Shown here: one piece after another, positions 37,381 to 50,098 of the stretch
Layout: the number at the start of each line of letters is the position of its first letter
How positions within the stretch are numbered: the stretch's first letter is position 1
From: Octopus sinensis
Lineage: Eukaryota
Assembly: GCF_006345805.1 (NCBI RefSeq)
Contig: NC_043011.1
Span: 36,282,464-36,346,463, forward strand
Length of the DNA: 64,000 nt
Reading direction: 5' to 3'
Notes under the pieces: generated by a model
What the model was told of the DNA's origin: nothing
The model's input: only the letters and a program-made list of their open reading frames with translations
Databases searched by the model: none
Position numbers and translations under genes: made by a program

Positions 37381-37524
37381 TTGTAAAATACCTTAGGAAT
37401 GAGAACCCAGGTTCGAAATTTCCGCAAGACACATGATGAAGGCTGGAGGGTATATCAGCCGAAACGTTGTGTTAACAACAAACAAGATAAGGACAAATAT
37501 CCATCAAATGTAAATAATGTAAAT
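36657..37524 (+). mobile_element. SINE family E with a 10-bp TSD, containing a nested family B SINE and an RLE LINE 3' end
   Basis: TSD AAAGGTTGAT at 36647-36656 and 37525-37534. tRNA head at 36661-36730. HHR tail at 37428-37473 with C3 mutated to A. The nested family B copy is on minus at 36765-36990. Confidence 0.85.
37038..37350 (+). mobile_element. 3' end of an R4/Dong-like RLE non-LTR retrotransposon inserted in (AAT)n
   Basis: Frame NTCYLAQISGNPKMAEIQKIVLMGTAHILPQILSM* (stop at 37146-37148), then a 3' UTR of about 200 nt with GGTCTCTGGGTGAGACTTGG running directly into (AAT)n. Confidence 0.7.
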
Positions 37525-37561
37525 AAAGGTTGATATGCCTAATAATTTGGGGTGCAGTTTA

Positions 37562-37990
37562 AATGTGGAGGGAATCTGTGGAAGAGGTAGAATCAGGAAA
37601 ACATGGGACAAAGTGGTGAAATATGATCTTTGAATGTTGGGCCTAACGAAGGTGATAGCAAGTGACCAAGATCTTTGGAAATATGCTGGGCTTGAGAAGA
37701 CTCATCAGCCAAGCAAAATTGTTGTCACACTCATTGCTGGGGGCATGTAAATGGCACTCATGCGAGTGGCACATAAAAAGCACCCATTACACTCTTGGAG
37801 TGGTTGGCGTGAAGAAGGGCATTCAGCCATAGAAACCATGCCGAATCAGAATGGAGCCTGGTGCAGTTCTCTGGCATACCAGTTCCAGTCAAACTGTCCA
37901 ACCCATGCCAGCATGGAAAGCAGTTGGTAAAGGATGATGATGACGATGACGACAACAACGACGACAATGATGATGATGATCATCATGATG
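37562..37990 (+). mobile_element. RTE-clade LINE 3' end (ORF terminus plus the 3' UTR shared with SINE family C)
   Basis: NVEGICGRGRIRKTWDKVVKYDL*MLGLTKVIASDQDLWKYAGLEKT resembles the RTE C-terminus (GRPRKTW...DR..WR). It is followed by the family C tail and (GAT)n. Confidence 0.75.
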
Positions 37991-39203
37991 ATCATGATGA
38001 TCATGATGACGACGACGACGACAATGATGGTGATGATGATGGAGGTGATGATGATGACGACGATGATGATGACGATGATGATGGAGAAGAATGTGACGAT
38101 GATGTATATATGTCTGTATTTTCAAGCATGACTTAGAGATTCAGCAAAACGATTTTAATAAAATGAGTGCAACACTGAAGTAGACAGTGAGATCAATATA
38201 GCTGTCCAAAAGCCCTGAAGGCATTGCCCACATATGACCAGAGGTCAGTGGCTGTAACAACTAGTAATAGCCTCAGATTTCTGACACAAGGCCGACAGTT
38301 TTTTTGAGAGAAGGGGGAAGTGAATTACATCGACCCCCAACAACACTTATTTTATTTACCAACTTCTCACACTTATTCTATCAACCTCAAAAAGAATAAA
38401 AGGCAAAGTCGACTTCAGGAGAATTTGAACTCAGGACACGAAGACAGACAAAATGCTGTGAAGAATTTTTGTTCAGAGTGATAATGGTTGTGCCAGCTTG
38501 CCGCCTTAGTTGTAACTAGCAATAAAATGAAAGCATATACACCCAGCTTTATCCTCATCTCATTTTCTCTGCATTTAATTCAGCCTCATATTCTCTCTCT
38601 CTCTCCTCTGATCTTAATCTTTCTTCCCCTCACTCTCTCTTTCTCTCTTACTCTCTATCACTCTCTCATGCTTTTCTTTCTTCTTTCCCCCCCTTCTGTT
38701 CATAGAAAGCAAGTGTCTGCCATAAATCTGTGATCTGTGCAAACTCAGGTTTTAGTATAATAGCAGATGAGATCAGATGGATATACATATATATACCCTA
38801 CTTTTAATTTTTCATTTGGCAATGCAATATCAGAATATTAATAAAACGAATAATCAAATGCATATCACATTGTCAGTAGCAAAGGGCAGAGATCAAAAGA
38901 CCATGTGTAGATGTCTACAAAAACGTAGACATTTATAATGATATATACATAAATACATACACAGGAATAAACAGATGCATTCCTAGAATGCCAAGCTAGA
39001 TCATCAAAATAAGGGTAGGAATACATACATACATAAATATATGTATGTATGCATCTTATATATATATATATATATATGTATATGTATATGTATATATATG
39101 TATATGTATATATATATATGTATATGTATATATATGTATATATAATATATATATATATGTATGTATGTATATATTTATATATTATGTACGTATGTATATA
39201 TAT

Positions 39204-39235
<32 letters not shown>

Positions 39236-39265
39236 ATATATATATATATATGTATGTGTATACAT

Positions 39266-39297
<32 letters not shown>

Positions 39298-39954
39298 GCA
39301 TATATATATATATAAATATACATATGTATGCATATATATATATGCATAAATAAATATATATATATAGATATATGTAGGTATATGTATGTATGTACCTATG
39401 TCTACATACGCACATGTATACATACCCATATATATATATATATTATGAACATCAAACATTATGCAGCATCAAATTTCATACCTGTACATAAATATAATTA
39501 TTGATGGATATTTACAGACACATACGCACATGTGTATGTATATGTAGGTATGAGCACATATGCACACGCATGTAGGTGTATATAAAACACATGCATATAT
39601 ATATACATGCATGCATACATAATAATACATGCATCTATGTATATACATATTATCTATAGATTTATCTACCTATCAATCTCTGTCTATATATGTTTGTATA
39701 TGTATATATATATATATGTATGTATATATATATAGGTGTGTGTTGTGAGCCATAAATTCTTTCAATCTTTGAGATAGGTATTCTTTTATACACTCAACTT
39801 CTTTCCCTTTCAGTGTATATATGTCACTGTATCACTGAATCAACCAGACTACTGAATGATGTGATACACTGCTGATCACAATGCGCTTCCTTACATTGTT
39901 GTAGCTTTCAAATGATACCACCCCACTGGCTAGGCGGACACAAAACTAACATTC

Positions 39955-40167
39955 TCTCTTTCTATTTTCCTCTTTCTCCTTCTCTCTTTTTATTTTCCTC
40001 TCCGTTTCTCTCTTTCTCTCTTTCTTTTTTCCTCTCCCCCTCTCTCTTTCTATATCCCCCTCTCTCTCTCTTTCTGTCTTCTCTCTCATTCTGTTTTCCT
40101 CTCTCTCTTTCTGTCTTTCTTTCTATTTCCCTCTCTCTCTTTCTGTATTCTCTCTCATTCTGTTTTC

Positions 40168-40206
<39 letters not shown>

Positions 40207-40370
40207 TTCCTTTTCCTCTCTCTCTTTCTGCCTTCTCTCTCATTCTACTTTCCTCGCTCTCTCTTTCTCTCTTTCTATTTCCCTCTCTCTCTCTTTCTTT
40301 CTTCTCTCTCATTCTACTTTCCTCTCTCTCTTTCTATTCCCCCCTCTCTCTTTCTGTCTTCTCTCTCATC
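39955..40370. repeat. Homopyrimidine (CT)-rich tract with repeated CTCTCTCATTCTGTTTTCC units
   Basis: Direct reading. Confidence 0.9.
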
Positions 40371-40381
40371 TTAATAATCCC

Positions 40382-40548
40382 CAGTACAGTTTCCACAAAG
40401 CAAGATCCATCAATGACCTGTTCTTCTATGTTACACATTAGTGGGGTCCTGCCATGAAAAAAACTTATGAAAACAATGTTGACACCTTCAATGCAACAAA
40501 AACTTTTGACTGTATTTGACATGAATACTTCTTATCAAAACTGCTCAC
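40382..40548 (+). pseudogene. Decayed CR1/L2/Jockey-type reverse transcriptase fragment
   Basis: QYSFHKARSINDLFFYVTH*WGPAMKKTYENNVDTFNATKTFDCI*HEYFLSKLL aligns by eye with QYGFRxxRST.D....W...........D..KAFDxVxH..LL.KL. Confidence 0.6.
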
Positions 40549-42509
40549 GTGTGTGTGTGTGAGCTTGACCCATCTCTCATCTTTTGCATTGGTACTTTCC
40601 TCACAGACCACAAAATTGCAGGGTATCTAAACAGGTCCTTTTTTTTTGGCCCCTTATCAGCTTATCTCTGACATTCCTCAGCATTTCGTTTTTCACCCAA
40701 CTTTTTTCAGTAATTTTGGCTACAATGATCTTCAAGTAATGTTGAAAGAAAGTGAGTTTGTTTTGAAATCCTATATGTAAGAATAAAAGGAAGTTTATCT
40801 CTTCTGTTTTTATTACTAAAATTATGTTTGTGTTTAGTTGTGTGTTTGAAATATCTTGAAGTCATTATCATCATCATCATCATCATCGTTTAATGTCGGC
40901 TTTCCATGTTAGCATGGGTTGGACGATTTGACTGAGGTCTGGCAAACCAGATGGCTGCACCAGACTCATCCTATAAATATTCTCAATATATTCTGAGTTT
41001 TAATCTCAAATCAAATCTTGCTCTAAGCATTTAAATTTGTGAGCAGTTTGTGTATTTGTTGTAGTTGCAGTTATTGTTTGGTCATAAGTTTGTTCAATTA
41101 CCAGTTGTTAGAAGCAGATATGGTGACTTTGAATATCGTAAAATGAAAAATTTGAAAATTTTTAATTGAAATGTTTGATGTATTTGTAGAAAAGAGGGAA
41201 ATGTTTAGTGATTAATTTGAATACGTTGTGTGCTGCATAGGTCATTTCCTCAATGTTAAAAGGAGAGTTATACCAAGTAATTCTTGGTTTTGATTGTAGC
41301 CATTATTAATGTGTCTGTTGTGTTTGTCCATTAAAATAATTTATTCATTGTATATACTTTTAGAGTAAGATATAAAATCCAGAATATATGGCAATCAAAA
41401 TATTCTTCAAAACCTCGTTGGTGATTTGATGATAGAGAGGTGTATTTTGCAATTTTCATTTCTGGATTTGATTATACACATGGTTTATTTAAGTTAAGGA
41501 TCACCTTAGGAATATTGGCAAAAGTTATATAATAGTTATGTCAGTGTTATATAAAATATAATAGTTATGTCAGTGGTTATATAAAATCAACTTAGTTTAA
41601 ATAAAAGATAATGATTTTTTCCCTCTTAAATGAGCATCATCTAGATAAAGTCAACCATTGAATTTATGCGAGAATTTTTCAAATTTTACATTAATAATTT
41701 TTCTTTGGGTTTTATTACGATACACTTTTTTCCAAGTAGTATAATAAATTTGTAAGGTTTGGATGATAAAATGATTTTATTTTTTAATACATAAGTTTAC
41801 ATGCATAACCTTATAACTAAATCACATGATTCAATCTTGAACATGCAGCTGACTCCCATTGTTTGCTGCATTTTCTTTAATTCATTATTAAAAAAAAGAC
41901 CCCAAAAAACTGTGCATTCAAGCATTCGTTGTTGTATGTATAAGCAGCAATTATGTTAGTGATTTTGTTTTACATTATTTCCATGATTTTCCCCTGACCA
42001 AGCATCAGTGTGATCTCAGTATCAAATTTGGTTTTCTTGTTGACAAAATGTACACCACTGGGAATCATAAACTTAATTTGTACACACACACACACACATA
42101 CACACACACACATTTGGTGTGCATCAAGATGGGTTGTTTGAACTATTTACACAAATATCAACAAATGTATATGATCCAGATATATTTTTACATTTTGAAG
42201 ATCTTTGGTAAGTCTGTTACTTCTACAATATACTTATAATTTGGTTGAAATTTCTAGTTCGTAACATTTAAGATTTTAATTTGTAATTTGATCTCATTCT
42301 GCTAGATTTCTTTCATAACTTGATTTATTCTTAGATCAGCCAGATACTTAGTTCAGAATTTCCTGCTCCTTGTGTTGAGAAAAAAAAAATGGATGGAGGG
42401 TGCAATATGAGGTGAAATGATGGCACATCCTAGCTTCTTTAAATATGGAAGCAATTTTAGCCTCTGATTTATCCTGGCAAAGCAAAGCTCCACTTCTAGC
42501 TGCTATGAA

Positions 42510-42680
42510 TATATTGTTTGTTCCTTCTTGAGCCACGCCTGGCTCATTAGGGCTGGTTTCCCGGTCTCCTTGGCGTATAGGTTCCCCACCTGGATGGGAC
42601 ACTGGTCCATCGCAGGTGAGCTGCAAGATGCAGGAGGAAAGAGTGAGAGAAAGTTGTGGCAAAAGAGTCAGCAGAGGTCT
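42510..42680 (-). mobile_element. SINE 3' fragment of a further family (V-SINE/Rex-tail-like)
   Basis: Minus strand CCTGCGATGGACCAGTGTCCCATCCAGGTGGGGAACC...GGAGACCGGGAAACC, ending in AACAAAC. Confidence 0.5.
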
Positions 42681-43034
42681 GGCGGTGTTAAATTAGGTGA
42701 TCTTGGTGGCCAAAATCCCTTCAAAATAATCCTTTTACTGAAAAGCTCCTAAAGTTGCTCCATGGTGATGCGGAGGATGAAAAAAATTCACTGCGAAGAG
42801 ACTTTTTGAACACCCTGTAGAAGCAATTTTATTTTTGATTAAGATTTTATTCTGTTAAAGCAACATTCGACTTCTACTCTATTGAGAGTTTGATTTCTGA
42901 ACATGAATATTTGTAAGATTTTATATGCAAAGAAAAAAAACAAGACAATGATATACCTATAGGTACATATGTATGAGCGTATACACACATATAAAGACAA
43001 TATATACATATACATATATTGACACCTGATGTTA

Positions 43035-43115
43035 CTGCAGCAGCTGCTGCTACTACCACTACTACTACTACAACTACTGTTGCTGCTGCTCTGGCTGCTG
43101 TTGTTGCTGCTGCTG

Positions 43116-43150
<35 letters not shown>

Positions 43151-43165
43151 GCAGCTACTACTACT

Positions 43166-43211
<46 letters not shown>

Positions 43212-43380
43212 GACTACTACTGCAGCTGCTGCTGCTGCTACTGCTGTTGCTGCTGCTGCTACTGGTGTTGCTGCTGCTGCTGCTGCTCTGGCTGCTGTTG
43301 TTACTGCTGCTGCTACAACTACTACTACTACTGCTGCTGCTGCAGCTCCCATTGCTGCTGCTGCTACTACTACTACTACG
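43035..43380. repeat. (CTG)n/(CTA)n compound repeat
   Basis: Direct reading. Confidence 0.95.
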
Positions 43381-44474
43381 GTTTCACTGTTTCTTTTCTC
43401 CTTTCCTTCTGTTTATCCTAATATAATTTCTTCCAACTGAGTGTCGATAATGGAAAGGATATCAGCTTACATAAATATTCCAGTTTATTCTTTCAGTCCT
43501 TTACACATAGCATATATTTTCAATACATTTCAAATTCTATTCCCATATTTCAATGATCATAATGGTCCATTAAAATACTAATTAAAATTTTGGCTTCACA
43601 TTATTTGACTTCTTATTTTATTTAATTTTGATCAGAGGTCTAATGAATAGAGTTTCCACAATTCCTCATAGGTAGTTGGCTGATACAGCTCTGTGTCTAT
43701 AAATATAGAAACAATTATGTCAGGTATTCTTTATATGAGTTTCCTCTGATGAAGTATCGATGTAAAATCTGTAATATTTGGCCTGATTACAGAAACTACG
43801 TAAATTGGATGCAATATAGACAGTTTAGATTATTACTTGTTGTTACCATGGGGATATGCCTGTCTGTGTGTGTTTGCATAAGTAATATATATTGTATTGT
43901 GTATCTAAAAAGACCGATAGAATAAGTAGTGGGCTTACAAAAGAGTAAAAAAAAATATCTGATAAACCATTGTTTGTTACTATTAAAGCTTTTGAATGCT
44001 CACTTTTTGGAACTCCTATTGAATTTGTTCTTTCTTACAATTCTCTGTACATGAGCACCTTTAGGTGTTGTTCTTTGAACATAGCCACCCTGCCATAATT
44101 ACTGATGTAGCACTTCAACATCAATGCCAATGAGTCTGGAGTGTTGCAGAATTTTCTTATTTCAATGTCATTTTACCTGCTTGTCCATAACATGCTACAC
44201 AAGCTTCTCTCATGGGTATGTTCCAACCATACTCAATCTTTACAGTTGTGGCCTATGACACCTACTCTCAACCACTCTCCCCACATATTCTACTCCCACC
44301 CACACTCATAGTTCTTCTTTTCATACTTGCTTCTACCTGAACACCTTAATATTACTTAATATGCTACAAGAACCTGCTCTTCAACTCTCTTCTCTCATAT
44401 TCTTAGCATAAAGTCTGAAGCTGACCTCCTTTGTTTCAGGTTTAGTAGTCTTGCAAGGTGCATGTTAGGTGAAG

Positions 44475-45450
44475 GAGTGGCTGTGTGGTAAGTAGCTTGC
44501 TAACCAGTTACATGGTTCCGTGTTCAGTCCCACTGCATAGCACCTTGAGCAAGTGTCTTCTATTATAGTCTCGGGCTGACCAAAGCCTTGTGAGTGGATT
44601 TGGTCAACGGAAACTGAAAGACGCCCATCGCATATATGTATTGCTTGACAACCGATGATGGTGTGTTTACATTCCCATAACTTAGCGGTTTGGCGAAAGA
44701 GACCGATAGAATAAGTACTAGACTTACAAAGTATAAGTCCTGGGGTCGATTTTCTCAACTAAAGGTGGTGCTCCAGCATGGCCACAGTTAAATGACTGAA
44801 ACAAGTAAATGAGTAAAGAGTAAAGAGAGTATAACCTCACTAGTGCTGGCGGCATGATAAAAAAGCACTCAGTACTTGCAGTAAAGTATGTATGTGCAAG
44901 TGTATATTTGTTGTTTTTATCTTTTACTTGCTTCAGTCATTAGACTGCAACCATGCTGGAGCACGACCTTAAAGAACTTTAGCCAAATGAATCAACCCCA
45001 GTACTTTTTTTTCAAAGCCTGGTACTTACTGTATCAGTTGTTTTTGCTGAACCACTAAGTTACAGGGACATGAACACACCAACACCAGTTGTCAAGTGGT
45101 GCTTGCGGACAAAGACAGACACAAAGACACACACATGCATGCACACACACACATATGCATGCATGCATGCACACACACACACACACATACACACACACAC
45201 ACACGTACATACGTACGTACATACATACATACATACATACATACATACATACATACATACATACATACATACATACATACATACATACATACATACAACA
45301 ACAAGCTTTTTTCAGTTTCTGTCTACCAAATCCACTCACAATGCCTTGATCAACCCAAGGCAATAGTAGAAGACACTTGCCCAAGCTGACATCTAATGGA
45401 ACTGAACCCAGAACCATATGGCTGGGAAGTAAGCTTCTTACCACACTGTC
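44475..45450. mobile_element. Two family A SINEs facing tail to tail (plus 44475-44820, minus 44915-45450)
   Basis: Diagnostic head and tail motifs in opposite orientations. Confidence 0.8.
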
Positions 45451-45596
45451 ATATCTTTGTCTATGTTGGCATGTCAAAAGTTAAATGTGTTTTTGTTGTT
45501 TCATTTAATCATGAGATATCGTAGACATGACTCAGCAGACAGGTTTAACTACATTCAGGAGTGAAGCCCTCCACAAACTTTTAACAGCAAATAAAT

Positions 45597-45627
<31 letters not shown>

Positions 45628-45649
45628 ACACATATATATGTATATATAA

Positions 45650-45964
45650 AATTGCAGCATAGAAGATGTTTGTAAGCCAGTTAAGGAATGCACAAAAACC
45701 ATTAGTTTCACTTCAACATTTAAATTTAATTTGTGTGAAAATATAATCATCAGTTCGAAACTGCAGCTTTGAAGTTTTGTCAGTGAACAGATCACGGTTT
45801 CAAACAGTGAAAATATTTTGATATGAATTGAATTTAAATGTTGAAGGGAAACTAATGGTTTTTGTGTGTTCCTTAAATTGTCAACAAACATTTTCCATAC
45901 TGCAGTTGTTTTTGTTCCAGCATATGATGTCAGACCAAGTCACTTGCTATGCAGGTACATCTCC
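45650..45964. mobile_element. Inverted-duplicated interspersed repeat (family of 19397-19600)
   Basis: CACAAAAACCATTAGTTTCACTTCAACATTTAAATT pairs with AATTTAAATGTTGAAGGGAAACTAATGGTTTTTGTG. Confidence 0.7.
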
Positions 45965-46084
45965 AGGATATATATATATAAATATAGGGATGGTATTATT
46001 AAAATACCATCACAAGTGGTAAGTGAATTATTAGCCGTACAGGCAAATTAATAAAATATATACATACAATATTAGATATGTCCA

Positions 46085-46471
46085 TATACACATAAGGGTA
46101 CTACATGAGTACCTATATCGCTCATGATAGAAGTCAAAAAATACTTCTGTACCACTGAAAAGTCACAAATCTATTACAGACAAGATAGGAAAAAATATCA
46201 GTGAACAATAATAATGTCTTACCTCAAATAGGTCAGAACAAGTAAATGCTGGTCAACTCGGTAGCGGTTTTGAAATTTAGCGCCACCTACACGTGTGATT
46301 TCTCATCAGTTGAAGTCCACCAGCTAAATAACTACTAACATTCTACCCCTGTTCACTGATATTTTTCCTATCTTGTCTGTAATAGATTTGTGACTTTTCG
46401 GCGGTACACAAGTATTTTTTTATTTCTATCATGAGCGATAAAGGTACTCATTTAGTACCTTTATGTGTATA
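46085..46471. mobile_element. Fold-back (about 122-bp arms, 142-nt spacer) with a decayed hammerhead in the spacer
   Basis: 46085-46207 pairs with 46350-46471. The spacer on minus (46248-46324) reads TCAA CTGATGA GAAAT...ATTTC AAAAC...TTGA. Ends in (TA)n. Confidence 0.7.
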
Positions 46472-47163
46472 TATATATATATATATCAAAGATACAATGA
46501 CTTATACAATGCTGACAAATCTGCTAACTGAAACGGAACTCAGAATTCAGAGACTGTGGTTCACCAGCTTGTTTGTGCCAGTGATTATATGAAACACAGG
46601 TGTTTATATATATTCTGAAAAAAAAATCACACCTAAATAAGTTATACTCTATCTCAAGTATAGAGTGCTTTCTTATGTCTCTTACAATTAAAGAATGCAA
46701 CCCACCACACGAGTGTGTGTGTGTGTTTATACACACACTCACACACACACATATATCTATTGGCATGCACCAAAAATATACACATAACAATTTGGTCAAT
46801 ATATGTTATTTACAAAAAGGTAATTAGATAACTCACCATTTGTATATTCAATATTATACAGGCAAGTTCCACACATAGGAAGACATATATAAGCACACAT
46901 ACGCACAAACACATATGCACACATACATATAAACACATATGCACACACACATATGTGTGTGTGTATGTGTGTGCATGTGTGTGCATGTGTGTGCATGTGT
47001 GCATTTGTAACCACAAAAATATGTGCTCACTGGTATGCACGATAAATAAATATACAAATAAACTAATGGAAGTTAATATCTTACATATAATAGTTACACA
47101 ATATATGTTTAAAATCTACTATGAGCACATGGAAATGCACAGACGTACACACTTATATATACT

Positions 47164-47220
<57 letters not shown>

Positions 47221-47444
47221 ATATGTTTACCTACATTCAAGCATAGATACATATATACAGATATACACACATGAAATGATACTTTTGTTCATAAACTATA
47301 TTAGTAAACATATTGAAACACAAACACAAAAATCAATCTAGTTAAGAAATTGCTCATTCTTGCTGTTTTGATGACGCATTTTCCTAAAAGCCTACCAGCC
47401 ATTCTTTTTTATTCATCTATGCATACACTTGTATGCGTACGAAT

Positions 47445-47448
47445 TGTA

Positions 47449-47483
<35 letters not shown>

Positions 47484-47593
47484 GTATGATATATATATGT
47501 ATGTGTGTATATATATATATATATATATCTATATATATGTATATATATATGTATGTATACATATCTGTATGTATGAATCTATATGTATGTATG

Positions 47594-47626
<33 letters not shown>

Positions 47627-47689
47627 GTATATGTATATATATATGTATGTATACATATCTGTATGTATGAATCTATATGTATGTATGTA

Positions 47690-47723
<34 letters not shown>

Positions 47724-47783
47724 TATGTATATATATATGTATGTATACATATCTGTATGTATGAATCTATATATATGTATATG

Positions 47784-47814
<31 letters not shown>

Positions 47815-47878
47815 GTATATTATATATATATATGTATGTATACATATCTGTATGTATGAATCTATATGTATGTATGTA

Positions 47879-47918
<40 letters not shown>

Positions 47919-48080
47919 ACATATCTGTATGTATGAATCTATATGTATGTATGTATGTATGTATGTATATTATATATATATATATGTATATATATATATG
48001 TATATGTATATATATATGTATGTATACATATCTGTATGTATGAATCTATATATATGTATGTATATATATATAGGTGTGTG
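47445..48080. repeat. Minisatellite of about 90-bp period embedded in (TA)n
   Basis: Six copies of ATACATATCTGTATGTATGAATCT separated by variable TA runs. Confidence 0.9.
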
Positions 48081-48719
48081 TGTGTGTGTGTGTACGCATG
48101 TATGTGTGCATGTATATATATTCATATATACATGCTTACACACACATATATGCATATTTGTTTATATATATGCTCACACGTACATATCTGTTTATCGACC
48201 TATCTGAATGTATGTATGAATGTATGTATGTATGTATGTATGTATGTATGTATGTCTGTATGTATGTATTCATTGATCATTTATATAGAAAAAATGAAAT
48301 AACCAATGTTTTTATTTACGAGTATTTTGAGTGAAAGTCATTTTCTGATTATTTTCTATGTTTTCCATTTAGTAAATATAGAGAATTCATGTATTTTTTT
48401 TTTGCCTATTTTAGTTTCCAAGATTCAATATTTATCACATGCATTATTTAAATGTCCACCCATCTATATACACTAACCAGGTTTTACCTGGAATCGAGAA
48501 TTTTCAGCACATCAGATAAGAAAACCTTACAATATTTTCCCCAGCTCTTTACGTTCTGAGTTCAAATCTAACCAAGCTGAAATTCGCTTTTCACCCCGAC
48601 TACTAACCATAGTATAACAGTAACAGTCAAAAATTGAAGCTGATAAAATTGACTGCTATTTTTAGCTCCTCTCAAAATTGCTCACCTTGTACTTAAATTC
48701 AAAACAATTATTAAACCCA

Positions 48720-50051
48720 TTATTTACATTATTTACATTTGACAGATATTTGTCCTCATCTTGTTTGTTGTTAACACAACATTTCGGCTGATAGACCCTC
48801 CAGCTTTCATCAGGTGTCTTGGGGAAATTTCAAACCTGGGTTCTCATTCCTAAGGTATTTTTCAATGTTATTATTTTTATTATTATTATTATTAATATTA
48901 TTATTATTATTATTATTATCATTATTATTATTATCATTATTATTATTGAGTGAGAGAACAGTGCATGCCATCAGAATGACACTGGGGTAAAATATACGAA
49001 GCCCAGTATACCTATCATGACTACCCATCTGATAAGGTTACACTAGGCACATGCATCACAACCATATGTGCGCGACATGGTGATCTCATATCAAGATAAA
49101 CAGCACATGACCTTGCAGGTGGGGCCCAATTAGAATTATCTGGTCAAGTAACCTATCCTGCTCAAAAGGTCCCTGAATAAGGGTTGTTTAAGGATGTTGA
49201 ACGAAACACCCATGTTTCCAAAGGTGAATTATTCAAACCCCAAAGAATCACACTCAACACATGGCTATGATGCTCCCCCACTACTTCTGCTTATGATCAG
49301 AGATGCACATATCGTCAGCCACCAAGGAACAGGCTCAACTGGTTAAAGTCAAACACCTGACAAGCAAATCTGTGGTATTGAGCAGAATATTTGCTGTAGC
49401 CTATCTTTTATACCAACACAAAACAATGTAAATGATAACACTTCCAATCAGTTAAGTTATTTTAACCACTTATTATTATATATTATTATTATTATTATTA
49501 TCATTATTATTATTATCATTATTATTATTGAGTGAGAGAACAGTGCATGCCATCAGAATGACACTGGGGTAAAATATACGAAGCCCAGTATACCTATCAT
49601 GACTACCCATCTGATAAGGTTACACTAGGCACATGCATCACAACCATATGTGCGCGACATGGTGATCTCATATCAAGATAAACAGCACATGACCTTGCAG
49701 GTGGGGCCCAATTAGAATTATCTGGTCAAGTAACCTATCCTGCTCAAAAGGTCCCTGAATAAGGGTTGTTTAAGGATGTTGAACGAAACACCCATGTTTC
49801 CAAAGGTGAATTATTCAAACCCCAAAGAATCACACTCAACACATGGCTATGATGCTCCCCCACTACTTCTGCTTATGATCAGAGATGCACATATCGTCAG
49901 CCACCAAGGAACAGGCTCAACTGGTTAAAGTCAAACACCTGACAAGCAAATCTGTGGTATTGAGCAGAATATTTGCTGTAGCCTATCTTTTATACCAACA
50001 CAAAACAATGTAAATGATAACACTTCCAATCAGTTAAGTTATTTTAACCAC

Positions 50052-50098
<47 letters not shown>

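Larger units (their letters stand above)
35118..37559 (+). mobile_element. Tc1-like transposon with long IR/DR terminal repeats; the right TIR is interrupted by nested retroelements
   Basis: Left TIR TA|CACTGCAACCCATATTATTAGG at 35118-35325. Right TIR at 36472-36656, resuming at 37525-37559 (ATGCCTAATAATTTGGGGTGCAGTT|TA). Confidence 0.85.

Noticed and set aside
43689-43925. Stop-free frame (KYRCKIC...) and a CTGATGA...GAAACTACGTA string
   Set aside because: No recognisable domain, weak splice sites, and no stem I for a ribozyme.
44090-44420. Possible decayed CR1/L2 3' end
   Set aside because: The similarity is too fragmentary to support by eye.
45691-45757. Minus-strand CGAA CTGATGA...GAAAC TAATG GTT TTTG
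   Set aside because: Stem II is ill-defined, and the other copies of this repeat do not have CTGATGA at the equivalent place.
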